Shown: positions 53,479-64,000 of the stretch, one piece after another
How the letters are laid out: each line of letters begins with the position of its first letter
How positions within the stretch are numbered: the stretch's first letter is position 1
DNA from: Octopus vulgaris
Taxonomy: Eukaryota
Direction of reading: 5' to 3'
NCBI GenBank assembly: GCA_951406725.2
Contig: OX597815.1
Coordinates: forward strand, 180,420,001-180,484,000
DNA length: 64,000 nucleotides
Translations under genes and position numbers: made by a program
Notes under the pieces: generated by a model
What the model was told of the DNA's origin: nothing
Database searches by the model: none
The model's input: only the letters and a program-made list of their open reading frames with translations

Positions 53479-54285
53479 CTGAAAATAGAATAAGAAAAGA
53501 CAACAGGTTAATTAATCAATGTCTTGTAGTCAACAATAAAAACAAAAAGAGACTTTTGTAATACAAAGTGTCAGAGGAACGACAGAATGTGACAAAAGAA
53601 ACTGAAAATTTGAGAAGTCCCTTAGAGTCATTTTCACTTGTAAAATTCTTTACATAAAGCTATAAGAACCAAAAGTAATATTAAAGAAATAACTTCTTTG
53701 AAATTAGTATTATAATAAAGATTTGAAAATATGAGCACAGTGCCAGAAACTTATCAAGTGGGAACACTGAATTCTAATGAAGACTTTGTTCTGTTTTTAG
53801 GAATACTTCTCCCGTCATCAGTCCATCATGGCACGAGCTGTCTGAAATTGTGGGTGAATCAAGTCAGCTCCTTTTGAAGCTCTCTTTACAGATGGTCATC
53901 TTTATTAGATAACAGCTTGAACTTTTATGGGGCTATTGGAGTCTCAGGAGAACAAACTTGAAATTCTGAGAAACCTAAAATTACTTAAACGGATCCATCT
54001 TGGGTTATGGGGTTTGAACTTCTTAGGGAAATGTTAACCCTATAACATTTAAACCAGCCATATCCGGCCAAAATTTTCTACTTTTTTTTATGGTCATAAC
54101 AGTCAGATCTAGTCTTTCACACATACCTTACAATGTCATTCTAAAAACAAACAACCATATCATTAAAACCTTGAAGCTACAAGATAATGCATGATTAATA
54201 CAAAACAATATGAATAAATAAGCTTTACATTTAGCAGAATAAGCTGAATGCTGAAAGGTTAAGCAAAATAAATTGAAATACTTAC

Positions 54286-54369
54286 ATTTAAATCAAATCG
54301 AAGTGATGATGATCTGCCTTGTGATATTCCAGCAGCAACAACGGCCCCTGAATGAATCATAGGACCTTC
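54286..54369 (-). CDS. CLCN7: CLCN7 exon (84 nt, [28 protein letters not shown])
   Basis: Gating glutamate of GKEGP; CLC-6/7-type GISQGRS; cag/gtaag sites. Confidence 0.97.
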
Positions 54370-54785
54370 CTGGAAGAGTGGATATGCAAATATTCATTAA
54401 GTTGTGTATGCAAAAACATTATACGTGGGTGTAGGTGAATGTATGTGTATATGAATGTATTGCATATGAAAGTGTGCATGTGTGTGTGTGATTATCGTTT
54501 AACGTCTGTTTTCCATGCTGGCATGGGTTGGACGGTTTGATTGAGGACTGGCAAGCCAGTAGGCTGCACCAGGCTCCAATCTGATCTGGCAAGGTTTCTA
54601 CAGCTGGATGCCCTTCCAAATGCCAACCACTCTGAGAGGGTAGCGGGTGCTTTTTCTGGCATCGACCACATTCAGATGGTGCTTTTTACATGCCACCAGC
54701 ACAGGAGCCAGTCGGTGGGGGTGTGTATACACTTAAATGTGTGTATATATTTAAAGTGGTGTATATATATATGTAAACATGTGTA

Positions 54786-55672
54786 CAAAGTGGTATCAAA
54801 AAGTTCCTTGACTAGTTCTGTAGTGCACAGACAGATGGCAGCACACAACTGAACGTACTGTGAGAGTTAGTCGTGCCCTTCATGCGGCAGTATGCCAAGT
54901 GACATCACTACGTCTATTTCACAAGTTGTGAAATTTGTGTTTTTGTGATCATGTGTATGCCGTAGTCTGCGATTTTGTCATGGACAGGAAATTGGAACAA
55001 AGAGCCAACGTGAAATTTTGCATCAAAATAGGGAACTACAGAGACATGGAGCATGCTATGGCGATGAGGCAATGGGTCATACCCAACGTGTCAAGTGGCA
55101 CAGAGGTTTCAAAAGTGGAAGACCGTCCCTGGAAGGTGATGAGGCAATCTCGAAGACCTGTCGTGAGTGCCACACCCGGAAAGGCGGAGGAAATTCGTCA
55201 GCAGGAGGATCGTCAGAGGACAATCAACAACATTTTGAAGCATTTGAGGGAAGATATTTGGTGGAAGTGACCAGATCTGTGGATCGTGAAGGACTGGATT
55301 CTTCACGATGACAATGCACCTTGTCATTGAACGCTCCTCACACGTGAGTTTCTTGCCAAAAATAACATGGAATCACTTCCACACCTGCCCCATTCACCAG
55401 ATTTAGCACCTGCAGACTTCCATCTCTTCCCCCAAGATGAAAATGCAGCTCAAAAGGTTGTGGTTTTAACACCATTGCCGAGATCAAGTGCAAATTGCTG
55501 AAGGTCCTTGACTTACAGAAAGCGACTACCAGGCTGGATTCCAAAAATGGCAGGATCGCTGGGACCAGTATATTGTTGCGCAAGGTGACTATTTCGAAGG
55601 AGATGATGTTAAAACCTAAGTTATTTTTTGTAGTAAACATAAGTAATCCAGGAACTTTTTGATGCCACCTTG
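54786..55672 (+). mobile_element. Internally deleted mariner transposon
   Basis: TA flanks; ~28-bp TIRs; remnants EQRANVKFC, WILHDDNAP, HSPDLAPADFHLFPKMK, GDYFEGD. Confidence 0.9.
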
Positions 55673-56254
55673 TATATAGGTGAGAGCATAGCATAAGTCT
55701 ATTTATAAAGTTTCATGACACAAAAGCACTGACCTAAGTTATGGAAGGCTTGAATTTCCTTATTTTCAGTGCTTTCAACATTTGAGATACACACAGTAAT
55801 GTTCAATGGAGTGATTACGAAATCCATAACTATTTAGTTGATATTAACCTTAGGTTAACCAAGTAAGGGAGACCATTCTAAATGTTTTCCACATTATTAC
55901 GCTTCATCAGTAGAAGTTTAGCCTTCACCATTCCTTCCTGACATTGTTGTTGTTTTTTTGTACTTTGCACAAGGGTGTGTAGTACAAAAAAAATCTAATG
56001 ATGCTAGGAAATGAGTATTTGATGATTAAATTAGGAAGAGATACTGACCAGGTGTTTAAATAATAAAAAGGTAGATTTGATTATTTTCAGGGTTATCAAC
56101 AACAGAAATAACCAGAGCAAGATATGGCACCACCACGAGTGCTTTTTACATGGAACCTACAAACATGTAAGCCTTTGCATGTGTGCGTGTGCACACAGAC
56201 ACAGAAAGGCTACATGCATGTAAAATAAGAATATTATAAAATTCAGTGCCTTAC

Positions 56255-56398
56255 CTTTCCAACAGCCAAACCTCCAGCCACAGCACACACCACGCCGAAT
56301 ACTTTCACCACTAATGTCTTCAGGCGTACAACTTTAGGAACTTTTACTCCATTTAGAAAACATTTGATTTGGGGGATCCCACTTCCAGATGCAACAGG
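56255..56398 (-). CDS. CLCN7: CLCN7 exon (144 nt, [48 protein letters not shown])
   Basis: GSGIP selectivity-filter motif; ends with GK of GKEGP; tag/gtaag splice sites. Confidence 0.97.
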
Positions 56399-57426
56399 CT
56401 ACAAAAGAAAATCAATCCATTTGTAAGTGGCAACTCAGTTTGGAACTTAAGAAAATTGTTTAGCATTCATGTGGTTCTAAGTTTCTTCAAACTCTGTGGG
56501 ATCTTGCACAACTATCGTCCACCAATACCTATTTCTTTACTACCCACAAGGGGCTAAACACAGAGGGGACAAACAAGGACAGACAAACGGATTAAGTCTA
56601 TTATACTGACCCCAATGCGTAACTGGTTACTTAATTTATCAACCCCGAAAGGATGAAAGGCAAAGTTGACCTCGGCAGAATTTGAACTCAGAACATAGCG
56701 GCAGATGAAATACCTATTTCTTTATTACCCACAAGGGGCTAAACACAGAGGGAACAAACAAGGACAGACAAACGGATTAAGTCGATTATACTGACCCCAA
56801 TGCGTAACTGGTACTTAATTTATCAACCCCGAAAGGATGAAAGGCAAAGTCGACCTCGGCAGAATTTGAACTCAGAACGTAACGGCAGACGAAATACCGC
56901 TAAGCATTTCGCCCGGCATGCTAACGTTTCCGCCAGCTCACCACCAATACCTAAGAGCAAAACATGAAGAGTGAAATTTGATAGACAGAAACTGTGCTGA
57001 AGCCCATCAAATGTATATTTTGACGAGGGATGGCAAAAATCAAAGTGTTGACACTAAAATACATAGCAGAATTTCTTTCTGCCTTGGTTGTCTCCCTTTA
57101 TAGCCATTATCCTGTCTTTCTTCCTTGATGTCTTTTCACCAATATTCTTGATAGAACAACTGTTTCTCCAGTTTCCTAAACACTATTATTCTGCTTGGTT
57201 TTAATTGAGACCTCTTTCAAGGATACAGTTGACAACATCAATGCTCGTACATGACTCATTTTGTGGACAGAGGAAAAATGAAAGCCAAAGTTGAGACAGA
57301 GTCAGATTTAACCCTTCAACGTTCAGAATATTCTGTCAAATCTAATCCTGATTTATTCCCATCGGTTTGAATTAATCCTGCATTATTTCATGGCTTTGAG
57401 ATTTCGATGACGTGATTGTTTATACA

Positions 57427-57966
57427 TAATAACAAAATAATAATGAAATTATTGTATACAGTGCTCAGGTGCACCACAACTTGTCAGACAGTGCATATAA
57501 AGCACATGCAGTAATGTACAAATGTCTGGAAAGCGAACAGTGTATGAGTCAGATACATGCTTTTGTGTGTATGGAGGGGAGAAAATCAGGCGTAGTGTTG
57601 GCGAATCTCAGAAAGCATGGAAGTTTTGAAGGATGCAGTGCTCCGACAACTAACAACTGATGCTGGCAGTCTGTTCCATGCTTCAGCAACTCTCAGCGTG
57701 AAAAAATGTTTCCTAAAGTCATGGGAGCTGTGCTGTTTTCTGACTTTGTAAATATGTCCACGGGTGTTAGATGGGTGGAGTTTGAAAAGGTGCTCAGAGT
57801 TATTGTTTGTACGATGGTTGATAATTTTATGGGTGTCTGTCAAGTCAGTTGCCAGACGTCGGAGTTTCAATGTGTCCATGCCCAGGGAAGTAAGGCGTTC
57901 AGAATATGGCAAATGCCTGATGGAGGGTATTCTTTTGGTTGCACGTCGCTGAACGGCTTCCAGACG
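57427..57966 (-). mobile_element. CR1-like LINE 3' fragment nested in a TTAA MITE
   Basis: ORF 57586-57912 and upstream sequence (LEAVQRRATK..PYSERL..L..LKLRRL..D...NTRGH..K....RKHFFTLRV..WN.LP). Confidence 0.9.
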
Positions 57967-59358
57967 TTTAGAATGAGATTGTAGGATAGGTGTGAAAGAC
58001 TGGATCTGGCCAGGTTGAACAGAAAATAGGTAGAATATTTTGCCTTGGTATGACCGGTCTAAATGCTAATGCTGTGGTTCTCAACTGGGGCACATATGAC
58101 CCTTGAGGGTCCATATAAAATTTTGCTGTTAAAATTATGTCCAATAAACTGGTTATTCTTCTTTAACCCTTTCATAACCAGCCCGACTGAAACCGGCTCT
58201 GACTCTGGGTACAAATATCTTATTTTCATAAGTTTTGAATTAAAATATTCCACCAAACCTTAGTCATAATTTATGTTCCTAATACTAGCTGAATGATAAC
58301 TAAATTCTTTGTTATATTTAAAGTAATTGAAAGAAACACAGAGCATCTCAAAATAAATACAGTAACGAAAGGTTAATACACAAAACTTTTCAGCTTTTTT
58401 TTTTATACAATTCCTAATAATTTTATTGTGTCTGGGGAGAGTCATTCTGTTTTAATGCCTTATTAATTAACACATTCAAGGCAGTGCTTCAGCGTGGTTG
58501 CAGTCAGAATGACTGAAACAGATTACATGGCACAAACATGGGTGCTTTTTATGTGACAGCTGCACCATCACCAGTTCTTGACATGGCACCATCACCATTG
58601 CTTCTCAAGCGACACAAGCACTGTTGCTTTTTACATGGTAGCAGCGCATTTTACATACTCTTTTACTTGTTTCAGTCATTTGACTGCGGCCATGCTGGAG
58701 CACCGCCTTTTAGTCGAGCAAATCAACCCCGGGACTTATTCTTTGTAAGCCCAGTACTTATTCTATCGGTCTCTTTTGCCGAACCGCTAAGTGACGGGGA
58801 CGTAAACACACCAGCATCGGTTGTCAAGCAATGATAGGGGGACAAACACAGACACACAAACACATATATATATATATATACGACAGGCTTCTTTCAGTTT
58901 CCATCTACCAAATCCACTCACAAGGCATTGGTCGGCCCGGGGCTATAGCAGAAGACACTTGCCCAAGATGCCACGCAGTGGGACTGAACCCGGAACCATG
59001 TGGTTGGTTAGCAAGCTACTTACCACACAGCCACTCCTGCGCCTATGTCACCATTTTGTGTCTCCAGTATGGCTGCCTATTATGTAGTTCCAGCATGGGT
59101 GGTTTTTTTACGTGGCACCAGTGGAACAAAAATACTTGCAAAACATGCATTGGTTGGTAGCAAGAAGGGGCATTTGGCTGAAGAACATTGCCTAAAGAAG
59201 TCTAGTCCAACCCATGTCAGAATGGAATAAAAATGTAAAAACGTGATGACGAGAGTGGTGATGATGAGCATCCGTCCACTAAGAATTTTCTGCTTCCTCA
59301 TCATACAACCTACATACAAAAACAATATAAATTAGGAACAATGCAAAAATAGACTTAC

Positions 59359-59468
59359 AGCAAAGATGACTGTTGCTATGGATCCCAGAGCACTGAAGCC
59401 TGCATTGAATGCAATCCAAATTAAAAATGTTATCCCTAGACAGTTATGTCTGTTGCATATATTAAAAT
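59359..59468 (-). CDS. CLCN7: CLCN7 exon (110 nt, YFNICNRHNCLGITFLIWIAFNAGFSALGSIATVIFA)
   Basis: Phase matches the flanking exons; hydrophobic helix C; gtaagt donor. Confidence 0.92.
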
Positions 59469-60849
59469 CTGTTTCGTTTGTTAAGGTGACACAGAAGAAA
59501 AGGTAAACAATAAACATTATACGGTTCCATATTTAAGAGATGAGGAATTATGTACATTATTTATATTTGACGGGCATAAGGCGTAGTGTTTAGGAGTGTG
59601 GGGCTACTAACCCCAAGATTCCAAGTTTGATTCTAGGCAGTGACCTGAATAATGATGATGATAATAGGAATAATAATAACAACAACATAGGAATGAGATC
59701 CCAGGTTCGAAATTTCCCCAAGATACCTGATGAAGGCTGGAGGGTATACCAGCTGAAACATTGTGTTAACAACAAACAAGATGAGGACAAATATCTGTCA
59801 AATGTAAATAATGTAAATAAACATTATATTTAGCATGAAAGAGGAAATCTCTACATTTGTGGTTCCCGGGAGTCCATATAAGAGTTTTGGGGGTCCAAGT
59901 TAGTATTTAGGGGGTTCATTTTGCTTTGATGAAATGCAAAAAGCAACTTGGTTTCTTTCTTTAATTTTTTATGTAGTTAAACACATGTTTAACTTCACCA
60001 CTGCTTGACAACTAGTGTTGGTGTGTTTACATCCCAATTCAGTATAGGGGACCAACAGAAAATTAAGTACTCGGGTCAGTTCATTCAACTTAAGCATTTA
60101 AGGCAGTGCCTCAGCATGGCCACAGTCTAATGACTGAAAGATAAAAGAAAAAAAATCACAGGCAGTCATAGCAGTGGAGTTAAGAAATTTGATTCACAAT
60201 GATGTGGTTCTGGGATCAATCTCAGTGCACAGCACCTTGAGCAAGTGTCTTCTTTGGTAGACTTGGGTTAACCAGTACCTTGTATGTGGAATGGTAGAGA
60301 GAAACTGCAAAGAAGTCTGCATTTATGTTCACTATGTTTGAAAACTTGACTGTGCTCCGTCGTTGTCGTTGTTTAACATCCGCTTTCTGTGCTGGCATGG
60401 GTTGGATGGTTTGACTGAGGGCTGGTGAACCAGAAGGCTGCACCAAGCACCAATCTGATCTGCCAAGGTTTCTGCAGCTGGATGCCCTTCCTAACACCAG
60501 CCACTCCGAGAGTATAGTGGGTGCTTTTTACGTGCCATCGGCATGTTAGCCTGTCAGGCAGCACTGGCATCGACCACATTCGGATGGTGCTTTTTATGTG
60601 CCACTGGTACAGGGGCCAGTCAGGGGGTACTAGCATTGACCATGTTCAGATGATGCTTTTTACGTGCCACCAGCACAGGGAACAAGTCAGGCAGCACTAG
60701 CATCGACCTGTTAAAATAAGTAACAGACTGGAGACTGGAAAAAGTGCTGGAAGGCTCTGCCCCAGTATGGCCACATTTGAAAGACTAAAATCCGTAAGAG
60801 AAGGAAAAAAAATAAAAACATTATAGTAATTGCAATTTAAAAAGGATAC
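59469..60849 (-). other. U12-type (minor spliceosome) GT-AG intron of CLCN7
   Basis: 5' site GTATCCTTTTT at 60849; branch site CCTTAAC at 59486-59480, followed by 11 nt to the end of the intron; no polypyrimidine tract (aaacgaaacag). Confidence 0.9.
59522..59820 (+). mobile_element. tRNA-head/hammerhead element with a short inverted stub, inside the U12 intron
   Basis: Head gggcataaggcgtagtg...; hammerhead at ~59721-59767. Confidence 0.75.
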
Positions 60850-60982
60850 AGTGTTTGATCTGATAAAATTTGAAGCCCGCTGCTGATGTCACTCCATAAT
60901 CAATGAGACAAGCTATGAGCCCCGTGAGGACTCCAATGGAAAACATCACAAACCATCGCACCATTCCAATGTAAATGGTTTT
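60850..60982 (-). CDS. CLCN7: CLCN7 exon (133 nt, KTIYIGMVRWFVMFSIGVLTGLIACLIDYGVTSAAGFKFYQIKH)
   Basis: CLC helix B pattern (RW..IG.LTGL.AC.ID); ttacag acceptor; donor GTATCCTTT (U12-type). Confidence 0.95.
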
Positions 60983-63089
60983 CTGTAAAAAAAAAAAAAG
61001 AAGAAAAGAACAACTATGAAACAAATAAAATAGAAGGACAACACAGTACAGAGAATATTTAACTCGTTCGTTACTGTATTTATTTTGAGATGTTCAGTGT
61101 TTCTATCAATTAAGCATAGGAGTGGCTGTGTGGTAAGTAGCTTACCACTAGCTGTATTGAAGTGCCAGTCTGTTGCAAGAATTCTCTGATCTAAAAGCAA
61201 CTGGTTAACTAGAGGCACTGAAGCAGCAACACTCCACGAGTTGGAGTTTCTTCCTTCCAGTCTTTGGGGTTCTTTAAAATTTTCAGACATTGCTCTTCCC
61301 CATCTGATTAAACCATAAAAAAAATAATAATCAAAAAGTTTCTTATTTCTTTATTGCCCACAAGGGGCTAAACACAGAGGGGACAAACAAGGACAGACAA
61401 ACGGATTAAGTCAATTACATCGACCCCAGTGCGTAACTGGTACTTAATTTATCGACCCTGAAAGGATGAAAGGCAAAGTCGACCTCGGCAGAATTTGAAC
61501 TCAGAACGTAAAGACAGACGAAATACCGCTAAGCATTTCGCCCGGCATGCTAACGTTTCTGCCAGCTCCCAAGGGGCAACAACTGCATTTACACCGAAAT
61601 GATTGGTGAGTGTAATACAAGTGAGAGGGTCTTCAGTTAATTTGGTTCTGTAAGAACCATGCCTCTTGTCACTGAAGAGGGAAATTGATTATCTATTTAG
61701 CAATTAAACTAGCCATATCTGGTCAAAATATTCTGTTTTATGTTTAAACTGACCAGATTCAACCTCTCACACCTACCTCACAATATCGTTCTAAAAGTAA
61801 TCAGTCGCAACATGGAAACCTCAAAGCCACAAGATAACGCAGGATTAATTCAAAACATTGTTGATAATTAAGCACTACATTTGACAAAGTAGTCTGAATG
61901 CTAAAGGGTTGACTATGGAATAGCAAGTGCGTATTTCAATGGTGTCAACTACTTTAGAAATGCTAGATGTGTGAGTAAGAGATTAGTAGTTGCCAGTGGG
62001 AGAGAGAGATTACATTTCTTAAAAACTGAACAGTGGCATGCTTCATCATCATCATCATCATCATAATCATTTAACATCTGCCTTCCACGCTGACATGGGT
62101 GGGAAGATTTGACAGAAGCCAGTCAAGCAGAAGCCTGCCCCAGACTCCAGTGACTGTTTTGGAAGGATTTTTACAACTGTGTGCCCTTCCTAACACCAAC
62201 CACTCTACAGAGGGGGCCAAGTGCTTTTTACATGGCACCAGCACAGGCGAGGTTAGTTTTGGTAGGGGTTTTACAACCAGATGCCCTTCCAAATGCCAAC
62301 CACTTTACAGTGTGGACTGGATGCCTTTTACGTGGCACCTGCACTGACAGGGTCACCAAGCACCTTGTAAGATAAATAAATGCAAATAAAAATCATGTCT
62401 CGTGAATTTGATAAAGACAAGGGCCAATATGAGAACATGTTATAAAATAATTGCTGAATATGTTTTAGTCTCAGGTTTTGCCAGCTGATCATCATCATCA
62501 TCATCATCATCTATTTTCCATGCTGGCATGGGTTGGATGGTTTGACTGGAGCTGGTAAAGTCAGGGGCAGCACCAAGCTCCATTGGCATGATTTCTATAG
62601 CTAGGTGCTCTTCCTAATGCCAACCACTCCACAGAGTGTACTGGGCGTTTTTTATGTGGCACCAGCACCAATGCCTTCAATGTGGTACTAGCATGGGTGC
62701 TTTTCTATATTTTGTTGAATTTACCTGTAATTAGATTTGAGACAAAGATTATGAAGCAAATTTGGTTAAGAACCTATTGTTAAATTCTGTTCCAAAACTT
62801 ACATCAACATGTTGATAAATAGGAAAATGAGAGTTGTTTTATTAAACCAGTCTAAATTCACGAGTAATTTATAATGTAACTGAAATACATAAGGGATGTA
62901 TTTTGGTTAAAAAATATAGTGACAAAAGAGTTAAAGTGGCAAAGAAAAAGGTTAAAAAAATTCCAGAGAGGATTTACTGAGTATGTGAAATATGGAGTTG
63001 AAAGTAAGGGAAACCCACAATTCTAGCAGTTTTAGAAAATTAATATTTGTAAATCTCACAACGAGAGATATTCAAGCAACAGTATTTTG

Positions 63090-63366
63090 GAGTAAAGATT
63101 GTTTGCCAACATGATATGGCAGTCCTGGTTTCGGACGAATGTTGCTGTAATTTAGCCCCAGGAGACATCGTTTCCAGCTGGCTATATGATACGAACTGTG
63201 TCCTTATATTTTTGAACAAGGGGGTGCTAGATTCTCTTGTTCGAAAATATAAGGACACAGATCATGTCGTATAGCCAGCTATAGACAATGTCTCTTGGGG
63301 CTAAATTACAGCAACATTCATCCTAAACCAGGACTGCCGTGTTATGTTGGTAAACAATCTTTACTC
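63090..63366. repeat. Foldback element with ~130-bp arms; a second copy starts at ~63808 and runs off the edge
   Basis: 63090-63220 is complementary to 63236-63366. Confidence 0.85.
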
Positions 63367-63499
63367 TGGAGCAGTTTTGTTGGCATAATTAGTGTTGATA
63401 GATCTGTCTTGGAAAACAGGGAGGTGTTGTGAAGAAGTGAGATTTTAAACCAGATTGGCCAGAAGTTGAGAAGAGAATTCACTTCAATAAGTAACTTAC

Positions 63500-63565
63500 C
63501 CATTTTGTTCTGTCAATCAGTTCTTTTTCATAAATGCTGTTTTCAACTGGATCATAATCTAAACT
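63500..63565 (-). CDS. CLCN7: CLC-7 H+/Cl- exchanger, first exon in window (66 nt, SLDYDPVENSIYEKELIDRTKW)
   Basis: Manual translation gives the SLDYD N-terminal motif of CLC-6/7; caag acceptor, gtaag donor; in frame with the next exon. Confidence 0.9.
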
Positions 63566-64000
63566 CTTGAAATTGAAAATAAATGAAAGAAAATAAAGAA
63601 AATTTTGAATCTTTTATGACATTTAATTGTTTCTTCTGAACAGATTTAATCAACTATTGAAATTAAATATTATGAAAACGTTCAGTCGAAAATTCTATTT
63701 TTCAGTTCTAAATACCTTCGTTGTAAGTAATTACCACACCCCTAACACCAAACAGATAAAAATAATTTACTGAAATATTATCACAATATAATTCCTTAGA
63801 AAATTACTATTTGTAAATCTCACGAGAGATATTCAGTAGCAGTACTTTGGAGTAAAGATTGTTTGCCAACATAACATGGCAGTCCTGGTTTAGGACAAAT
63901 GTTGCTGTAATTTAGCCCCAGAGACATCGTCTCCAGCTGGCTATATGACATGATCTGTGTCCTTATATTTTCGAAACAAGGGAATCTAGCACCCCACCCA

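Noticed and set aside
14135-63565. Assignment to CLCN6 or CLC-3/4/5
   Set aside because: The short CBS1-CBS2 linker with DFR..YPRF, plus CADGEY and DPGKYAL, fit CLC-7 better.

Overview
AT-rich, repeat-dense eukaryotic genomic DNA. The SINE families and (TA)n/(CA)n/(CAT)n load look like an Octopus-type cephalopod genome; this is an inference from recalled repeat sequences. The window lies inside one minus-strand gene, a CLC-7-type lysosomal Cl-/H+ exchanger (CLCN7). I traced 19 coding exons by hand (63565->14135; 1989 nt, 663 codons), in frame with GT-AG ends. The N-terminal exons lie beyond the right edge, and the last CBS2/C-terminal exons were not found. One intron (59469-60849) is U12-type. 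The introns hold tRNA-derived SINEs, RTE/CR1 LINE 3' fragments, a mariner remnant, a piggyBac remnant with TTAA MITEs, hAT-like MITEs, a solo LTR, minisatellites and a 488-bp tandem duplication. The most unusual item is a recurrent element (8 copies). It joins a tRNA-like Pol III head to a minimal hammerhead-ribozyme motif and usually occurs as a head-to-head palindrome. Unrelated hammerhead motifs also occur at about 955, 42866 and 53777. Nearly all ORFs in the supplied track are repeat-derived noise.
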